Shown: positions 13,679 through 26,025 of the stretch, in pieces
Layout of the letters: every line of letters begins with the position of its first letter
Position numbering within the stretch: the stretch's first letter is position 1
Assembly: GCF_009914755.1 (NCBI RefSeq)
Contig: NC_060937.1
Reading direction: 5' to 3' (one strand)
Length of the DNA: 64,000 nt
Origin: the human T2T-CHM13v2.0 reference genome, Homo sapiens
Program-made: the position numbers and the translations under genes
Notes under the pieces: model-generated
Databases searched by the model: none
What the model was told of the DNA's origin: nothing
Seen by the model: the letters and a program-made list of their open reading frames with translations, nothing else

Positions 13679-14770
13679 ATGAGAAAGAACCAGAAAAACA
13701 ACCCTGGTAATATGACAAAACAAAGCTCTTCAACACCCCCCAAAAAATCACCCTAGTTCACTAGCAATAGATCCAAACCAAGAAGAAATCTCTGATTTAC
13801 CTGAAAAAGAATTCAGGAGGTTGTTATTAAGCTAATCAGGGAGGCATCAGAGAAAGGTGAATCTCAATGCAAGGAAATCCAAAAAACAATACAGTAAGTG
13901 AAGGGAGGAATATTCAAGAAAATAGATAGCTTAAAGGAAAAACAATCAAAAATTCAGGAAACATTGGACACACTTATAGAAATGCAAAATGCTCTGGAAA
14001 GTCTCAGCAATAGAATTGGATGAGTAGAAAAAAGAAATTCAGAGCTCAAAGACAAGGTCTTTGAATTAACCCAATCCAACAAAGACAAGAAAGAATAAAA
14101 ATATATGAACAAAGCCTCCAAGTAGTCTGAGATTATGTTAAATAACCAAACCTAAGAATAAGCGGCAGAAAGAGGAAGAAAATACATCTAAAAGCTTGGC
14201 AAACATATTTGGAAGAAAAATGGAGGAAAACTTCCCCAGCCTTGCTAAAGACCTAGACATCCAAATCAAAGAAGCACAAAGAACTCCTGGGGAATTCATT
14301 GCAAAAACATCATTGCCTAGGCACATTTTCATGTTATCTAAAGTTAAGACGAAGGAAAAAATCTTAAGAGCTGTGAGACAGAAGCACCAGGTAACCTATA
14401 AAGGAAAACCTATCAGATTAACAGCAGATTTCTCAGCAGAAATCATACAAGCTAGAAGGGATTGAGGCCCTATCTTCAGTCTCCTCAAACAAAACAATTA
14501 TCAGCCAAGAATTTTGTATCAAGTGAAACTAAGCATCTCACATGAAGGAAAGATACAGCCTTTTTCAGACAAACAAATACTGAGAGAGTTTGCCACTACG
14601 TAGTCAGCACTAAAAAAAACTGCTAAAAGGAGCTTTAAATCTTGAAACAAATCCTGGAAACACATCAAAAAAGAACCTCTTTAAAGCATAAATCACACAG
14701 AACCTATGAGACAGAAATACAAGTTAAAAAGCAAAAACAAAAAACAAAAAAATGAAAGTACACAGGTAAC
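13679..14770 (+). pseudogene. L1 ORF1p remnant (stops and frameshifts)
   Basis: ATGAGAAAGAACCAG start; ORF 14196-14465 gives ENFPSLAKDLDIQIKEAQRTP...KGKPIRLTADFS, typical of ORF1p; end approximate. Confidence 0.88.
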
Positions 14771-14777
14771 AAATAGC

Positions 14778-17700
14778 ATGATGAATGCAACGGCACCTCA
14801 CATTTCAATACTAACACTGAATGTAAATGGCCTAAATGATGCCTTTAAAAGATACAGAACTGCAGAATGGATAAGGACTCACCAACTAACTATCTGCTGC
14901 CTTCAGGAGACTCACCTAACACATAAGGACTCACATAAACTTAAAAGGGTAGAAAAAGGCATTTCATGAAAAAGGACACTAAAAGCAAGCAGGGGTAGCT
15001 ATTCTTACATGAGACAAAACAAACTTTAAAGCAACAGCAGTTAAAAGAGATGAAGAGGGACATTATATAATGATAAAAGGCCTTGTCCAACAGGAAAACA
15101 TCACAATCCTGAACATATATGCACCCACTACTGGAGACCCCAAATTTATAAAACAATTACTAACAGACCTAAGAAATGAGAAAGAGTAACACAATAATAG
15201 TGGGGGACTTCAATACTCCACTTACTGCACTAGACAGGTCATCAAGAAAGAAAGTCAACAAAGAAACAATGGATTAAACTATATATTGGAACAAACGGAC
15301 TTAACAGATATATACAAAACATTTCATCCAACAACTCAAAATACACATTCTATTCAACAGCACATGGAACTTTCTCCAACATAGACCATATGATAGGCCA
15401 TAAAATGAGCCTCAATAAATTTAAGAAAATTGAAATTGTATCAAGCACTCTCTCAGACCACAGGTGAAAAAAACTGGAAATCAATTCCAAAAGGAACCTT
15501 CAAAACCATGGAAATTAAATAACCTGCTCCTGAATGAGCACTGGGTCAAAAATGAAATCAAGATGGAAACTAAAAAATTCTTCGAACTGAATGACAATAA
15601 TGACACAACCTACCAAAACCTCTGGGATACAGCAAAGGCAGTGCTAAGAGGAAAGTTCATAGCCCTAAATGCCTACATCAAAAAGACTGAAAGAGCACAA
15701 ACTGACATTCTAAGGTCATACTTCAAGGAACTAGAGAAACAAGGACAAACCAAACCCAAACTCAGCAGAAGAAAGGAAATAACAAAGATCAGAGCAGAAA
15801 TAAATGAAATTGAAATAATACAAAAGATAAATGAGACAAAAAGCTTGTTCTTGGAAAGATAAATAAAATTGATAGACCATTGGCAAGATTAACCAAAAAA
15901 AGAAGAGAGAAAATCCAAATAACCTCACTAAGAAACAAAAAGAAGATATTACAACTGATACCACTGAAATATGAAAGATCATTCAGGGCTACTTTGAACA
16001 CCTTCATGCACATAAACTAGAAAACCTAGAAGAGATGGATAAATTCCTGGAAAAAGACAACCCTCCTAGCTTAAATCAGGAATTAGATACCCTGAACAGA
16101 CCAATAACAAGAAGTGAGATAGAAATGGTAATTTAAAAATTACCAACAAAAAAGGTCCAGGACCAGATGAATTCACAGCAGAATTCTACCAGACATTCAA
16201 AGAAGAATTGGTACCAATCCTTTTGACACTATTCCACAAGATAGAGAAAGAGGGAACCCTCCTTAATTCATTTTATGAAGTCAGCACGAAAACCAGGAAG
16301 GGACATAACCAAAAAAGAAAACTACAGACCGATATTCTTGACGAACATAGATGCTAAAATTCTTAACAACATGCTAGTTAATTGAATCCAACAACATATC
16401 AGAAAGATAATCCACCATGATCAAGTGGGTTTCATACCAGGGATAAAGAGATGGTTTAACATATGCAAGTCAATAAATGTGATACACCACATAAACAGAA
16501 TTAAAAACAAAAATCACATGATCATCTCAATAGATGCAGAAAAAGCATTTGACAAAATCCAGCATTGCTTTATGATTAAAACTCTGAGCAAAAGTGGCAT
16601 ACAAGGGACATACTTCAGTGTAATAAAAGCCAACTATGACAAACCCACAGCCAACATAATACTGAACGGGGAAGAGTTGAAAGCATTGCCTCTGTGAACT
16701 GGAACAAGACAAAGATGCCCATGCTGATCACTCCTCTTGAAGATAGTACTGGAATTCCTAGCCAGAGCAATCAGACAAGAGAAAGAAATAAAGGGCATCC
16801 AAATTGGTAAAGAGGAAGTCAAACTGTCACTGTGTGCTGACGATATGATCGTTTACTTTGAAAACCCTAAAGACTCCTCCAGAAAGCTCCTAAAACTGAT
16901 AAAATAATTCAGCAAAGTTTCTAGATTCAAGATTAATGTACACAAATCAGTAGCTCTTCTATACACCAACAGCAACCAAGCAGACTCAAATCAATACAAT
17001 AGTTGCAAATAAAATAAAATACTTAGGAATATACCTAACTAAGGAGTCGAAAGACCTCTACAAGGAAAACTACAAAGCACTATTGAAAGAGATAATAGAC
17101 AACACGAACAAATGGAAGCACATCCCATGCTCATGGATGGGTAGAATCAACCATACTGCCAAAAGTGATCAACAAATTCAATGCAATTTTCATCAAAATA
17201 TGACCGTCATTCTTCACAGAATTAGAAAAAAAATTCTAAAATTCATATGAAACCAAAAAAGAGCCCACATAGCCAAAGCAAGCCTAAGCAAAAAGAACAA
17301 ATCTGGAGGCATCACACAACCTGATTTCCAACTATACTATAAGGCCACAGTGAACAAAGCAGCATGGTACTGGTATAAAAATAGGCACAAATGCAATAAA
17401 AACAAAGTTAAATAGCTGGGACATAATTAAACTAAAGAGCTTTTGCATGGCAAAAGGAACAGTCAGCAGAGCAAACAGACAACCCACAGAGTGGGAGAAA
17501 ATCTTCACAATCTATACATCTGACAAAGGACTAATATCCAGAATCTACAACAAACTCAAACAAATCAGTAAGACAAAAACAAACGATCCCATCAAAAAGT
17601 GGGCTAAGGCCATGAATAGAGAATTCTCAAATGAAGATATTCAAATGGCCAAGAAACATATGAAAAAATGCTCAACATCACTAAAGATCAGGAAAATGCA

Positions 17701-18049
17701 AATCAAAACCACAATGCAATACCACCTTACTCCTGCAGTAATGGCCATAATCAAAAATCAAAAAACAGTAGATGTTGGCGTGGATGCAGTCAATAGGGAA
17801 TACTTCTACACTGCTGGTGGGAATATAAACTAGTACAGCAACTATGGAAAACAGTGTGGAGATACCTTAAAGAACTAAAAGTAGAAATACCATTTGATAC
17901 AGCAATCCCATTACTGGGTATCTACCCAGAGGAAAAAAGTCATTATATGAAAAGGATACTTGCGCATGCATATTTATAGCAGCACAATTCACAATTGCAA
18001 AATCATGGAACCAACCCAAATGCCTATCAATAGGTAGATAAAGAAACTG

Positions 18050-18098
<49 letters not shown>

Positions 18099-18975
18099 AA
18101 CTGTGGTATATATATATATATATATATATATACACAAACTGTGGTATATATATATATATATATTACACAAACTGTGGTATATATATATATATATATATAT
18201 ACACAAACTGTGGTATATATATATATATATATACACAAACTGTGGTATATATATATATATATATATATATACACAAACTGTGGTATATATATATTCCATC
18301 ATATATATATATTCCATCATATATATATATTCCATCATATATATATATTCCATTATATATATATTCCATTATATATATATTCCATCATATATATATATTC
18401 CATTATATATATATTCCATCATATATATATATTCCATTATATATATATTCCATCATATATTCCATTATATATATATTCCATCATATATTCCATTATATAT
18501 ATATTCCATCATATATTCCATTATATATATATTCCATCATATATTCCATTATATATATATTCCATCATATATTCCATTATATATATATTCCATTATATAT
18601 GTATATTCCATCATATATATATATTCCATCATATATATATATTCCATTATATATATATTCCATCATATATATATTCCATTATATATATATTCCATCATAT
18701 ATATATATTCCATTATATATATATTCCATCATATATATATATCCCATCATATATATATTCCATCATATATATATATTCCATCATATATATATTCCATCAT
18801 ATATATATATTCTATTATATATATATTCCATCATATATATATTCCATCATATATATATTCCATCATATATATATTCCATTATATATGTATATTCCATCAT
18901 ATATATATAGTCCATTATATATATATATTCCATCATATATATATATATATTCCATCATATATATATATATATATT

Positions 18976-19031
<56 letters not shown>

Positions 19032-19170
19032 AATACTACTCAGCCATAAAAAGGAATGAATTAACAGCATTTGCAATGACCTGGATGAGATTGGAGACTA
19101 CTATTCTAAATGAAGTAACTCAGGAAGGGAAAGCCAAACATCGTGTGGTCTCACTGATATGTGGGAGGTA
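14778..19170 (+). pseudogene. L1 ORF2p remnant (endonuclease, reverse transcriptase, C-terminal domain), disrupted
   Basis: HISILTLNVNGLN...ICCLQETHL (endonuclease), [16 protein letters not shown]...[15 protein letters not shown] (RT), CSTSL...[11 protein letters not shown] (C-terminal); many stops, an internal deletion near 17389 and a repeat expansion at 18053-19026. Confidence 0.92.
18053..19026. repeat. Composite TA-rich mini/microsatellite inside the L1
   Basis: (TG)n(TA)n, 6 x [CACAAACTGTGG(TA)n], then about 42 x [TTCCATY(AT)n], ending in (AT)23. Confidence 0.97.
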
Positions 19171-20958
19171 AGCTCTAAGGACACAAAGGCATAAGAGTGA
19201 TACAATGGACTTTGGGGACTTTGGGGGAAGAGTTGGAGGGGGGTGAGGGATAGAAGACTACAAATATGGTGCAGTGCTTAGGTGATGGGTGCACCAAAAT
19301 CTCACAAATCACCACTAAAGAACTTAACTCATGTAACCAAATACCACCTATACCCCAATAACTTATGGAAAAAAATGTTAAGTTTTAAAAAAAGAAAGAA
19401 ATACAAACAATGTAAAAGTTATTCAGTAACCCCACTTTCCCAGGAGAAAAGCAGCATCTGCTGTCTAACCATCAACATCAATAGATCACAGTTGTTCATG
19501 AAAGCTGCAAAATTGGTTCAAACAAATCTACATTTCTATAGAAAGAGACATTTTATAACAAAAAAGAAACTGCTTTCTATATGTTCTTCATTTATTTTAT
19601 CATTAATTTATAACAAATTATATTTGAGACTCAGTTCCCAACACATAATATATGATGGTACATATATTTATCATTTCTCTAATATCTCTCCATGTTTTCT
19701 CCTTACTCTCTCTTATATTTTATTATAATAATAAACTAAATATGAGCTTTCCATATATCCCTTTTGTTTGAATATTATCCAGTTGGAAATGTGCTGATAG
19801 CCAACCTGAACAACTAGATATACAGTAAGTCAAGGTGGAAGGCTGGTGAGCAGTGATTTTTCATGATCTTGAGGAAAAGAACCAAAAGGAGTAAAGGTAA
19901 CATTGCCTTGGGTGCCTCCTCTGGGATATTCATTTATGAGGAGATCCCATATGTAGCTCAGAAGGCATCAGACTTTCAGCAGGTTACAGGGATGGTGATG
20001 GAGGATGGAGGGAGACAATAGAACTGAGCAGGTAAATTGCAATAGTGGTTTGGTGAACTTTAGGAAAATACAACTCTATAGAGCTTTGACTCAATGGAAG
20101 CAGAGGGGAACTTATTTCACTTACACATTGTAGGATATAAATTGGAGAAAGAAGGGCATAAAAGGATGCCACTATCCTCTGTGGATCAGCTAATTTTTCC
20201 ATCTGTGCTTTGGAGCTCTAGCTGTAAACACCCCAACCTGAATTTGTCTTCAGTCTGTTGTTCTGCTTTGCTTGTATGTCATGGCCAGTTTATGACACCC
20301 ATTAATGACATTCTGCCCACCCTAATGCTTACTTTAATTCCAGAACAATGAAAAATTCCTGCAGTAGGTTTCTAGACACCAGGGCATTATTTAATGTGAG
20401 TTGTTATAACAGTGCCTGCAGTTCTATTCTCATACATACATACATAATTTACATTTAAATAGGCAAGATGGCCACACAGGGATGCCTGGCACAAGCACAA
20501 TGCCACCTGCATAAGGGAAAACACAGTATTTTATGAGACAAAAGCATCAGTTATTCCCAGGAATGTGCACAATGTGTAGCACTAAGTAAAACAATATGAT
20601 TCAAAAGACTTAAACTAACCAGGGGGCCGTAGGGGTAAAAGTAAAGGAAGTCTTACAGAGAAGATAAATTAAAATTTGGAAAGTTTACATGCGATAATAG
20701 AAATAATGTTTTTCCAAGTTTCCAACATACCTTCCCAAAGTAACAAGTTAGGGTAGAAAGAAAGACTAAACAATACAGGAAAAATTCATTTAAGCACCTT
20801 AAAAAAAGTATAGATTGTCTTAGTTTTGTGTATCTTCAGCTACAGCACTTGTTTGAAATAATATTCATTTTAATATAAAATAAGTAAAATATAAGAAGAT
20901 TACAAAGAGTATACACATATACACAAAATCAGAAGTAGCCTCTTTATGATTTTACTTT

Positions 20959-21065
20959 CTAGCAATTTTACTTCTCATTGTTGCAAATTTTTATGTATTT
21001 AAAAAATTATTTTACTAGTCATTTTACTTCTCATTGTTACAAATTTTTATGTATTTAAAAAATTA
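20959..21065. repeat. 56-bp tandem duplication
   Basis: ATTTTACTTCTCATTGTTRCAAATTTTTATGTATTTAAAAAATTA at 20965 and 21021. Confidence 0.9.
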
Positions 21066-21496
21066 AATTTGGGGCCCGCATCCTCCCTGTTTCTCTGAGA
21101 AATAGTTTTCAGAATACTAGGGAGTTGTGATGTCTCTCATTAGCATGGGAAATTGGCTGGCATTCTTTAGGCAAGGGATGTAGTGTTTTGAAAGGACCTT
21201 CCATTCCACCTTTTACTCAACAATGAGGAATAGGTGGACAGCCTTCCTTGGCCACTGTCTCCCCAACCCCCAAACTCACACCATTCTGCCCCATGACTTG
21301 AGCTAATTTGCAGATAATCTTTGCTCTCTGTTTCTCCTACAGTTTTTAATACTACACCCGTTTGTGAAATGAAGAAATGCTTTTTTTCTCATAAATTTTA
21401 GCAAATTTCTCTTTTCATATTGCATTTTTTTTCTGTCAGTTTCTCAAGTAAGTGTGGCATTCATAAATTTAGTAGTGATACTGGAAAAACCAACAC

Positions 21497-21786
21497 TTTT
21501 TTTTTTAAGACACAGTCTGGCTCTGTAGTATAGGCTGGAGTGCAGTGGCATGATCTTGGCTCACCGTGCAGCCTTCTTCTCCCGGGTTCAAGCTATCTCC
21601 TGCCTCAGCCTCCCGAGTAGCTGAGACTACAGGTACACGCCACTGAGCCCAGCTAATTTTTGTATTTTTAGTAGAGATGGGGTTTCACCATGTTGGCCAG
21701 GCTTGTCTCGATCTCCTGACCTCGTGATCCACCGCCTCCACCTCCCAAAGTGCTGGGATTACAGGCATGAGCAACCGTGCCCAGCC
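21497..21786 (-). mobile_element. AluS SINE
   Basis: Full dimer; TSD AAAACCAACACTTT at 21486-21499 and 21788-21801. Confidence 0.93.
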
Positions 21787-22664
21787 CAAAACCAACACTT
21801 TGAAGCGAATCAACTTTGCTATTACTCTTAATGGTTTATTGTCTCAAACTGATTAGATTTAAGCATGCAGATATACAATGACTAAAACCTCTGGAAACGC
21901 TAGAAAATTTAAATGATAATCAATACTGCCTGCTTAATATCTTACATCATTTAGCAGTTTTCTACAAGATGTGTCTAAACTGGAAATACATTTGTTAATT
22001 TTCAGTATTAGTTCATGCTAGGTGAGTCATACAGTGATCTTTTTTTTAAAAAAATCATGGTTTTGCAATCATGCTTTCTTAGGAAAGTTGGGGTATATAT
22101 AGGCAGGCTGGGGAAATTGTTTAGCAAATTTACAAGGCTATGCCATATTGTGTTTAAATGTCTTCTGCTTTATATTTTGAGTCCCAGTTTTATTCTTTTC
22201 TAAAATTAATACCAGAGTAAGAAATTCTAAAAAGGCAAATCTAAAAATGTCTGTGTTGAACATATGCTAGGAGATTTTGTCCTAAATCTATTATTTTGCA
22301 ACCCTGTACATTGCATATTCTTCATTGTTTGTAAATAACTTTTATGCCTTTATCTGCAATAAGGACTTGAAAACGTCTGTTTCAGAAGTGTTCCTAGGAG
22401 ATGTTTGCTGCTAAATTTTTAAGAAATGTATTATATTTGTACAGTTGACCTCATCATAAATGCCTTGGGTTTTGGAACTTAGTGGCTGATTCTTTGTGGC
22501 TCTGAACTATTTCAGTATATCTTGCACAAAACTTAGTCTCCAAGGAATCACCCTCCCCTGAGTTTACAAGGCATTATGTCTATTGCCCTCATAACATGTT
22601 AATCAGAAGATCACCCTCTCAGTGTTTCTAGTGTTCATATCAGATCTAGGTAGATTTCATATCA

Positions 22665-23538
22665 GATGTACACAGGAACTACTCTAGGTGCTAGTGAGTC
22701 CTTGGCAAGTAAGGCAAGCCAAGTCTCTGCCTTTATATTTCAGTGGGAGAGGAAGCAAAAACAGGAGCAGTAAATAATATCAGGATGTGATAAGGGCTAT
22801 GAATAAAAATAAGCATGGTAAGGGGGTAGAGCGGAGAAGACCTGCCTATAACATGTAATCAAGGGGGTTCTCTTTGAGGAGGTAACAGCTGAGTATAGAA
22901 TTTATGAAATGAGGAAGTGTATAATGTACGCTTCCCAGTAGAGGAAACAGCAAGTGCAAAGGCCCTGAGGTGACATGTTCATTGCATGTTTGCTGAGAAG
23001 ACCAATATAGCTTAAGCACTGGGAGAGGAAAAATAGTGTTATAATTAGTTTAAAAAGTAAATCTGGGGCAAGAATATAGAAGGCCTAGCAAGCCATGGTA
23101 AGTTCAGTCTACTTGCACTGGTACAACCAAACTTATTATTTAAATAGTGAAACATGTCCACACCACTGAGTAAACATCAGCTGTCTGGAGCCTTTTATTA
23201 TCTCCCTGCCTCAGCAGATGCCCTGATCTCTTTCTCAGAATTGATTTATCAGTAGCAGGTGGGATGATTGATACTATCAAGTTACTTGCTATATGTTTTT
23301 AATTTAACCACTGACAGTGAGGATTCAGGTCTCTATTTTAATAAACTGTGATGGAAAGTTACTGGAGGGTTTTAGATAATGGGCAGGGAGTATATGTCAC
23401 ACAATCTGATTTACTAATTTAAAATATCAGAATATACTAAAGGCATGGAAGGAATCAAAGCAGAGACATCATTTAGAAGGCTATCATAGAAGTTCAGGCA
23501 AGAGTTGACAGCACATTAGGCCAGGGTGGTAGAGATGG
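22665..23538 (-). mobile_element. L2 LINE fragments
   Basis: CTCTAGGTGCT...GTCTCTGCC..., CAAGTGCAAAGGCCCTGAGG, TTAGAAGGCTAT...CAGGCAAGAG...CCAGGGTGGTAG motifs. Confidence 0.75.
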
Positions 23539-23911
23539 CATGACGGCGTCAACTTGATTGGATTGAAGGACGCAAACTATTGTTTCTGGGTGTGTCTGTG
23601 AGGGTGTTGCCAGAGGAGATTAACATTTGAGTCAGTGGACTGGGAGAGGAAAGCCCACCCTCAATGTGGGTGGGCACCATCCAATCAGCTGCTGATGTGG
23701 CTAGGAAATGCAGGCGGAAGAAGGTGGGATAAGCTGGTTTGCTGAATCTTCTGGCTTTCATCTTTTTTTCATGCTGGGTGCTTCCTGTCCTTGAACATCA
23801 GACTCCAGGTTCTTCAGTCTTTGGACTCTTGGAGTTCACTTACACCAGTGAACTCCCTTTCATATGTACATATATCCTATTAGTTCTGACCCTCTGGGGA
23901 GCCCTAATACA
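23539..23911 (+). mobile_element. MLT2A (A2-like) HERVL solo LTR with internal deletion
   Basis: GTCAACTTGATTGGATTGAAGG...GTGTCTGTGAGGGTGTTGCCAGAGGAGATTAACATTTGAGTCAGTGGACTGGG...TCCTATTAGTTCTG...CCCTAATACA; jump at TACACCAGTG|AACTCCC (~23850). Confidence 0.92.
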
Positions 23912-23927
23912 GATGAAGAAGGTGAGG

Positions 23928-24024
23928 CTTGGTCACAGTCAGAATTATTATGTTTTGATGGTTGTATTGTTATATTTTGACTTGGTCACAGTCACAATTA
24001 TTATTATATTTTGACGGTTGTATT
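23928..24024. repeat. ~53-bp tandem duplication
   Basis: CTTGGTCACAGTCASAATTATTAT...TTTTGAYGGTTGTATT at 23928 and 23981. Confidence 0.85.
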
Positions 24025-24337
24025 TCATATATAGGCTGGAGTGAGCTGTGGTGACAAGTGGAACCCAAAACATGTGATGGCCACAAACAAAGTGGAAATG
24101 TATTTTTTATTCATTAATATTAACAGTTTGGGTTCTCAAATCCATACAGATTAACAAGAGTACAAAAAGCAAGAGACGGGTGAATAAAATTATAATTGTG
24201 CTTTTAAAGTTCTTACATTGTTTGTGTTCACTTGAGTGCTTATAGGTAGGACTGTGAGTATACGTAAAAAGGAATAACTGAGAGATGCATATTGTAATTT
24301 CTAGAGCTAAATGTCAAAAGCTATTTTGATATTTATC

Positions 24338-24480
24338 AAAAGAAAAAATGATAAATGTTTGAGATCATGAGTATGCTAATTACTCTGATCTGATCACTAT
24401 ACATTATAGGTATCATAACATCACTACATACCCCACAAATATGTACAATTGAGTCAATTAAAAAATGTAAAAAATATAAA
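24338..24480 (+). mobile_element. L1MA 3'-end fragment
   Basis: AAATGATAAATGTTTGAG...ATGCTAATTACTCTGATCTGATCACTATACATT...AAATATGTACAATT plus A-rich tail. Confidence 0.8.
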
Positions 24481-24519
24481 TAGAAAACGATATTTCTTCT
24501 GCATATAGGAGCGTAGGTT

Positions 24520-25270
24520 AATTTATTTTTAACTTTAGTACTCTAAGGATGTTATTTCATTGTCTCTGGCTTCTATTGTTTCTAGTAAGAAGTTAGCCAT
24601 AATTTGTATTTTCTTCATTTATGGTGTGATGCTGGCTAAATCTGCTTGTATTAGTCCATTCTTATACTGCTATGAAGAAATGCCCAAGACTAGATAATTT
24701 ATAGAGAAAAGAGGTTTAATTGACTCACAGTTCCACATGGCTAGGGAAACCTCAGGAAACTTACAATCATGGCAGAAGGTACCACTTCACAGAGTGGCAG
24801 GAGAGAGAATGAATGCCCAGTGAAGGAGGAAGCCCCTTATAAAACCATTAGATCTGGTGAGAACTAACTTACTATCATGAAAACAGGGTGGGGGAAACCA
24901 CCCCCATGATTCAATTATCTCCACCTGGTCCTTCCCATGACACATGGGGATTATGGGAAGTACAATTCAGGATGAGATTTGGGTGAGGACACAGCCAAAC
25001 CATATTACTGCTTTTAACATTTTTTACAATCTTTGATTTTGTTTGGTTGTGTGTGCTTTTGTTGTATTTATACTTTTTGTATTTCATTGAAATTTGTGGA
25101 CATGTGGGTTGATATCTTTCATCAGTTTTGAAAAGTTCTCATATATTATCTCTTCAATTTTTTTTCTGTTCTGTTATTTTTTTCTGTTCTTCTCATTCTG
25201 AAATCATAATTATATGTATATTACACTACTTGAAAATATTCTACAGATCTTAGATGCCTTGTTCTAGTTT
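24520..25270 (-). mobile_element. Old L1M fragment, interrupted by THE1
   Basis: T-rich antisense L1 motifs (GATGTTATTTCATTGTCTCTGGCTTCTATTGTTTCT; TCTTTCATCAGTTTTGAAAAGTTCTC). Confidence 0.65.
24647..25007 (-). mobile_element. THE1 (C/D-like) complete solo LTR
   Basis: TGTATTAGTCCATT...GGACACAGCCAAACCATATTA; 5-bp TSD CTGCT at 24642-24646 and 25008-25012. Confidence 0.95.
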
Positions 25271-25379
25271 CTGTAGTCAAAAAAAAAAAAACAAATTTTG
25301 ATGAGCAATTAACCCTCCCTTGCAAAAGTAAGAGCTAAAGGGATCTTCTTATATGGGATGTGCAAGAAGAAAGGTAAAA

Positions 25380-26025
25380 GGCAGGCCACAAGATGTTTAC
25401 CTGAGTAACTCAGTGAAAGATGGTTCCCTTTATTGAGATTCACCTCATGGGGAAGAAAAGGGGAAATAGAAAAATAATTAACACTATGGTTATAGACATG
25501 TTAGGTTTCAGGTACCTAAAAGAAACAAGAGATTTCAAATATCTAAAGCTCCAAGTTTATTAGTTACCATGCCACAGATAGTATTCTAATTTTTTAGCAG
25601 TCCAGTGGTGGTTCAGAAATATTCAAATTTTTGGCACTGATGAGAATGCCTGGGAAGAATGTATAGATAGGAAATTTGAAGACTGAGCCCTGAGGCATAC
25701 TGATGCTCAGACTTTGGAAGAGAAAGAGGATCCTGCATAGGAGATTGAGAAGCAAGAGGAGGGAAACCCAGAAAGAATCTTGTTCTGGAAGCCAGAGAAA
25801 GATGTTTCAAAGACAGTGTGATCAATTGTGCAAGATGGTGAGATGTTGAGAAGGTGAGCCATGAATATAGACTCACAGGTTTGGCAATGTTGAGGTCATT
25901 GTTGACATTGATAGGAACATTTTCAGTGTGGTAGTGAGGATGAATGACTAGTTGGAGTGGAGGTTAAGAGAGAATAGGAGGAAAGAAAATGGAAATGTCA
26001 AATATAGACCAACTATTTCAGCAAG
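25380..26025 (-). mobile_element. L2 LINE fragment
   Basis: GACTGAGCCCTGAGG...GGAAGCCAGAG...TTTGGCAATGTTGAGGTCATTGTTGAC...TTTCAGTG motifs. Confidence 0.75.

Larger units (their letters stand above)
12333..19390 (+). mobile_element. LINE-1, L1PB1 (L1PBa-type 5'UTR), nearly full length, inactivated
   Basis: GC-rich 5'UTR, ORF1 and ORF2 remnants, L1PB1-type 3' end (AGACTACAAATATGGTGCAGTG...CACCAAAATCTCACAAATCACCACTAAAGAAC...CCCCAATAACTTATGGAAAA); perfect 15-bp TSD AAAGAAAGAAATACA at 12318-12332 and 19391-19405. Confidence 0.95.

Noticed and set aside
18095-18980. CRISPR-like repeat-spacer appearance
   Set aside because: Spacers are only (TA)n, there are no cas genes, and the DNA is primate
17867-19059. 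Long ORFs of 108-335 aa rich in Y/I/H on both strands
   Set aside because: Translation artefacts of a stop-poor (TA)n repeat
19214-19249. G-rich quadruplex-like tract
   Set aside because: Standard feature of L1 3'UTRs
19800-20412. Possible ancient LTR ending GTTGTTATAACA
   Set aside because: Family and boundaries cannot be supported without a database search
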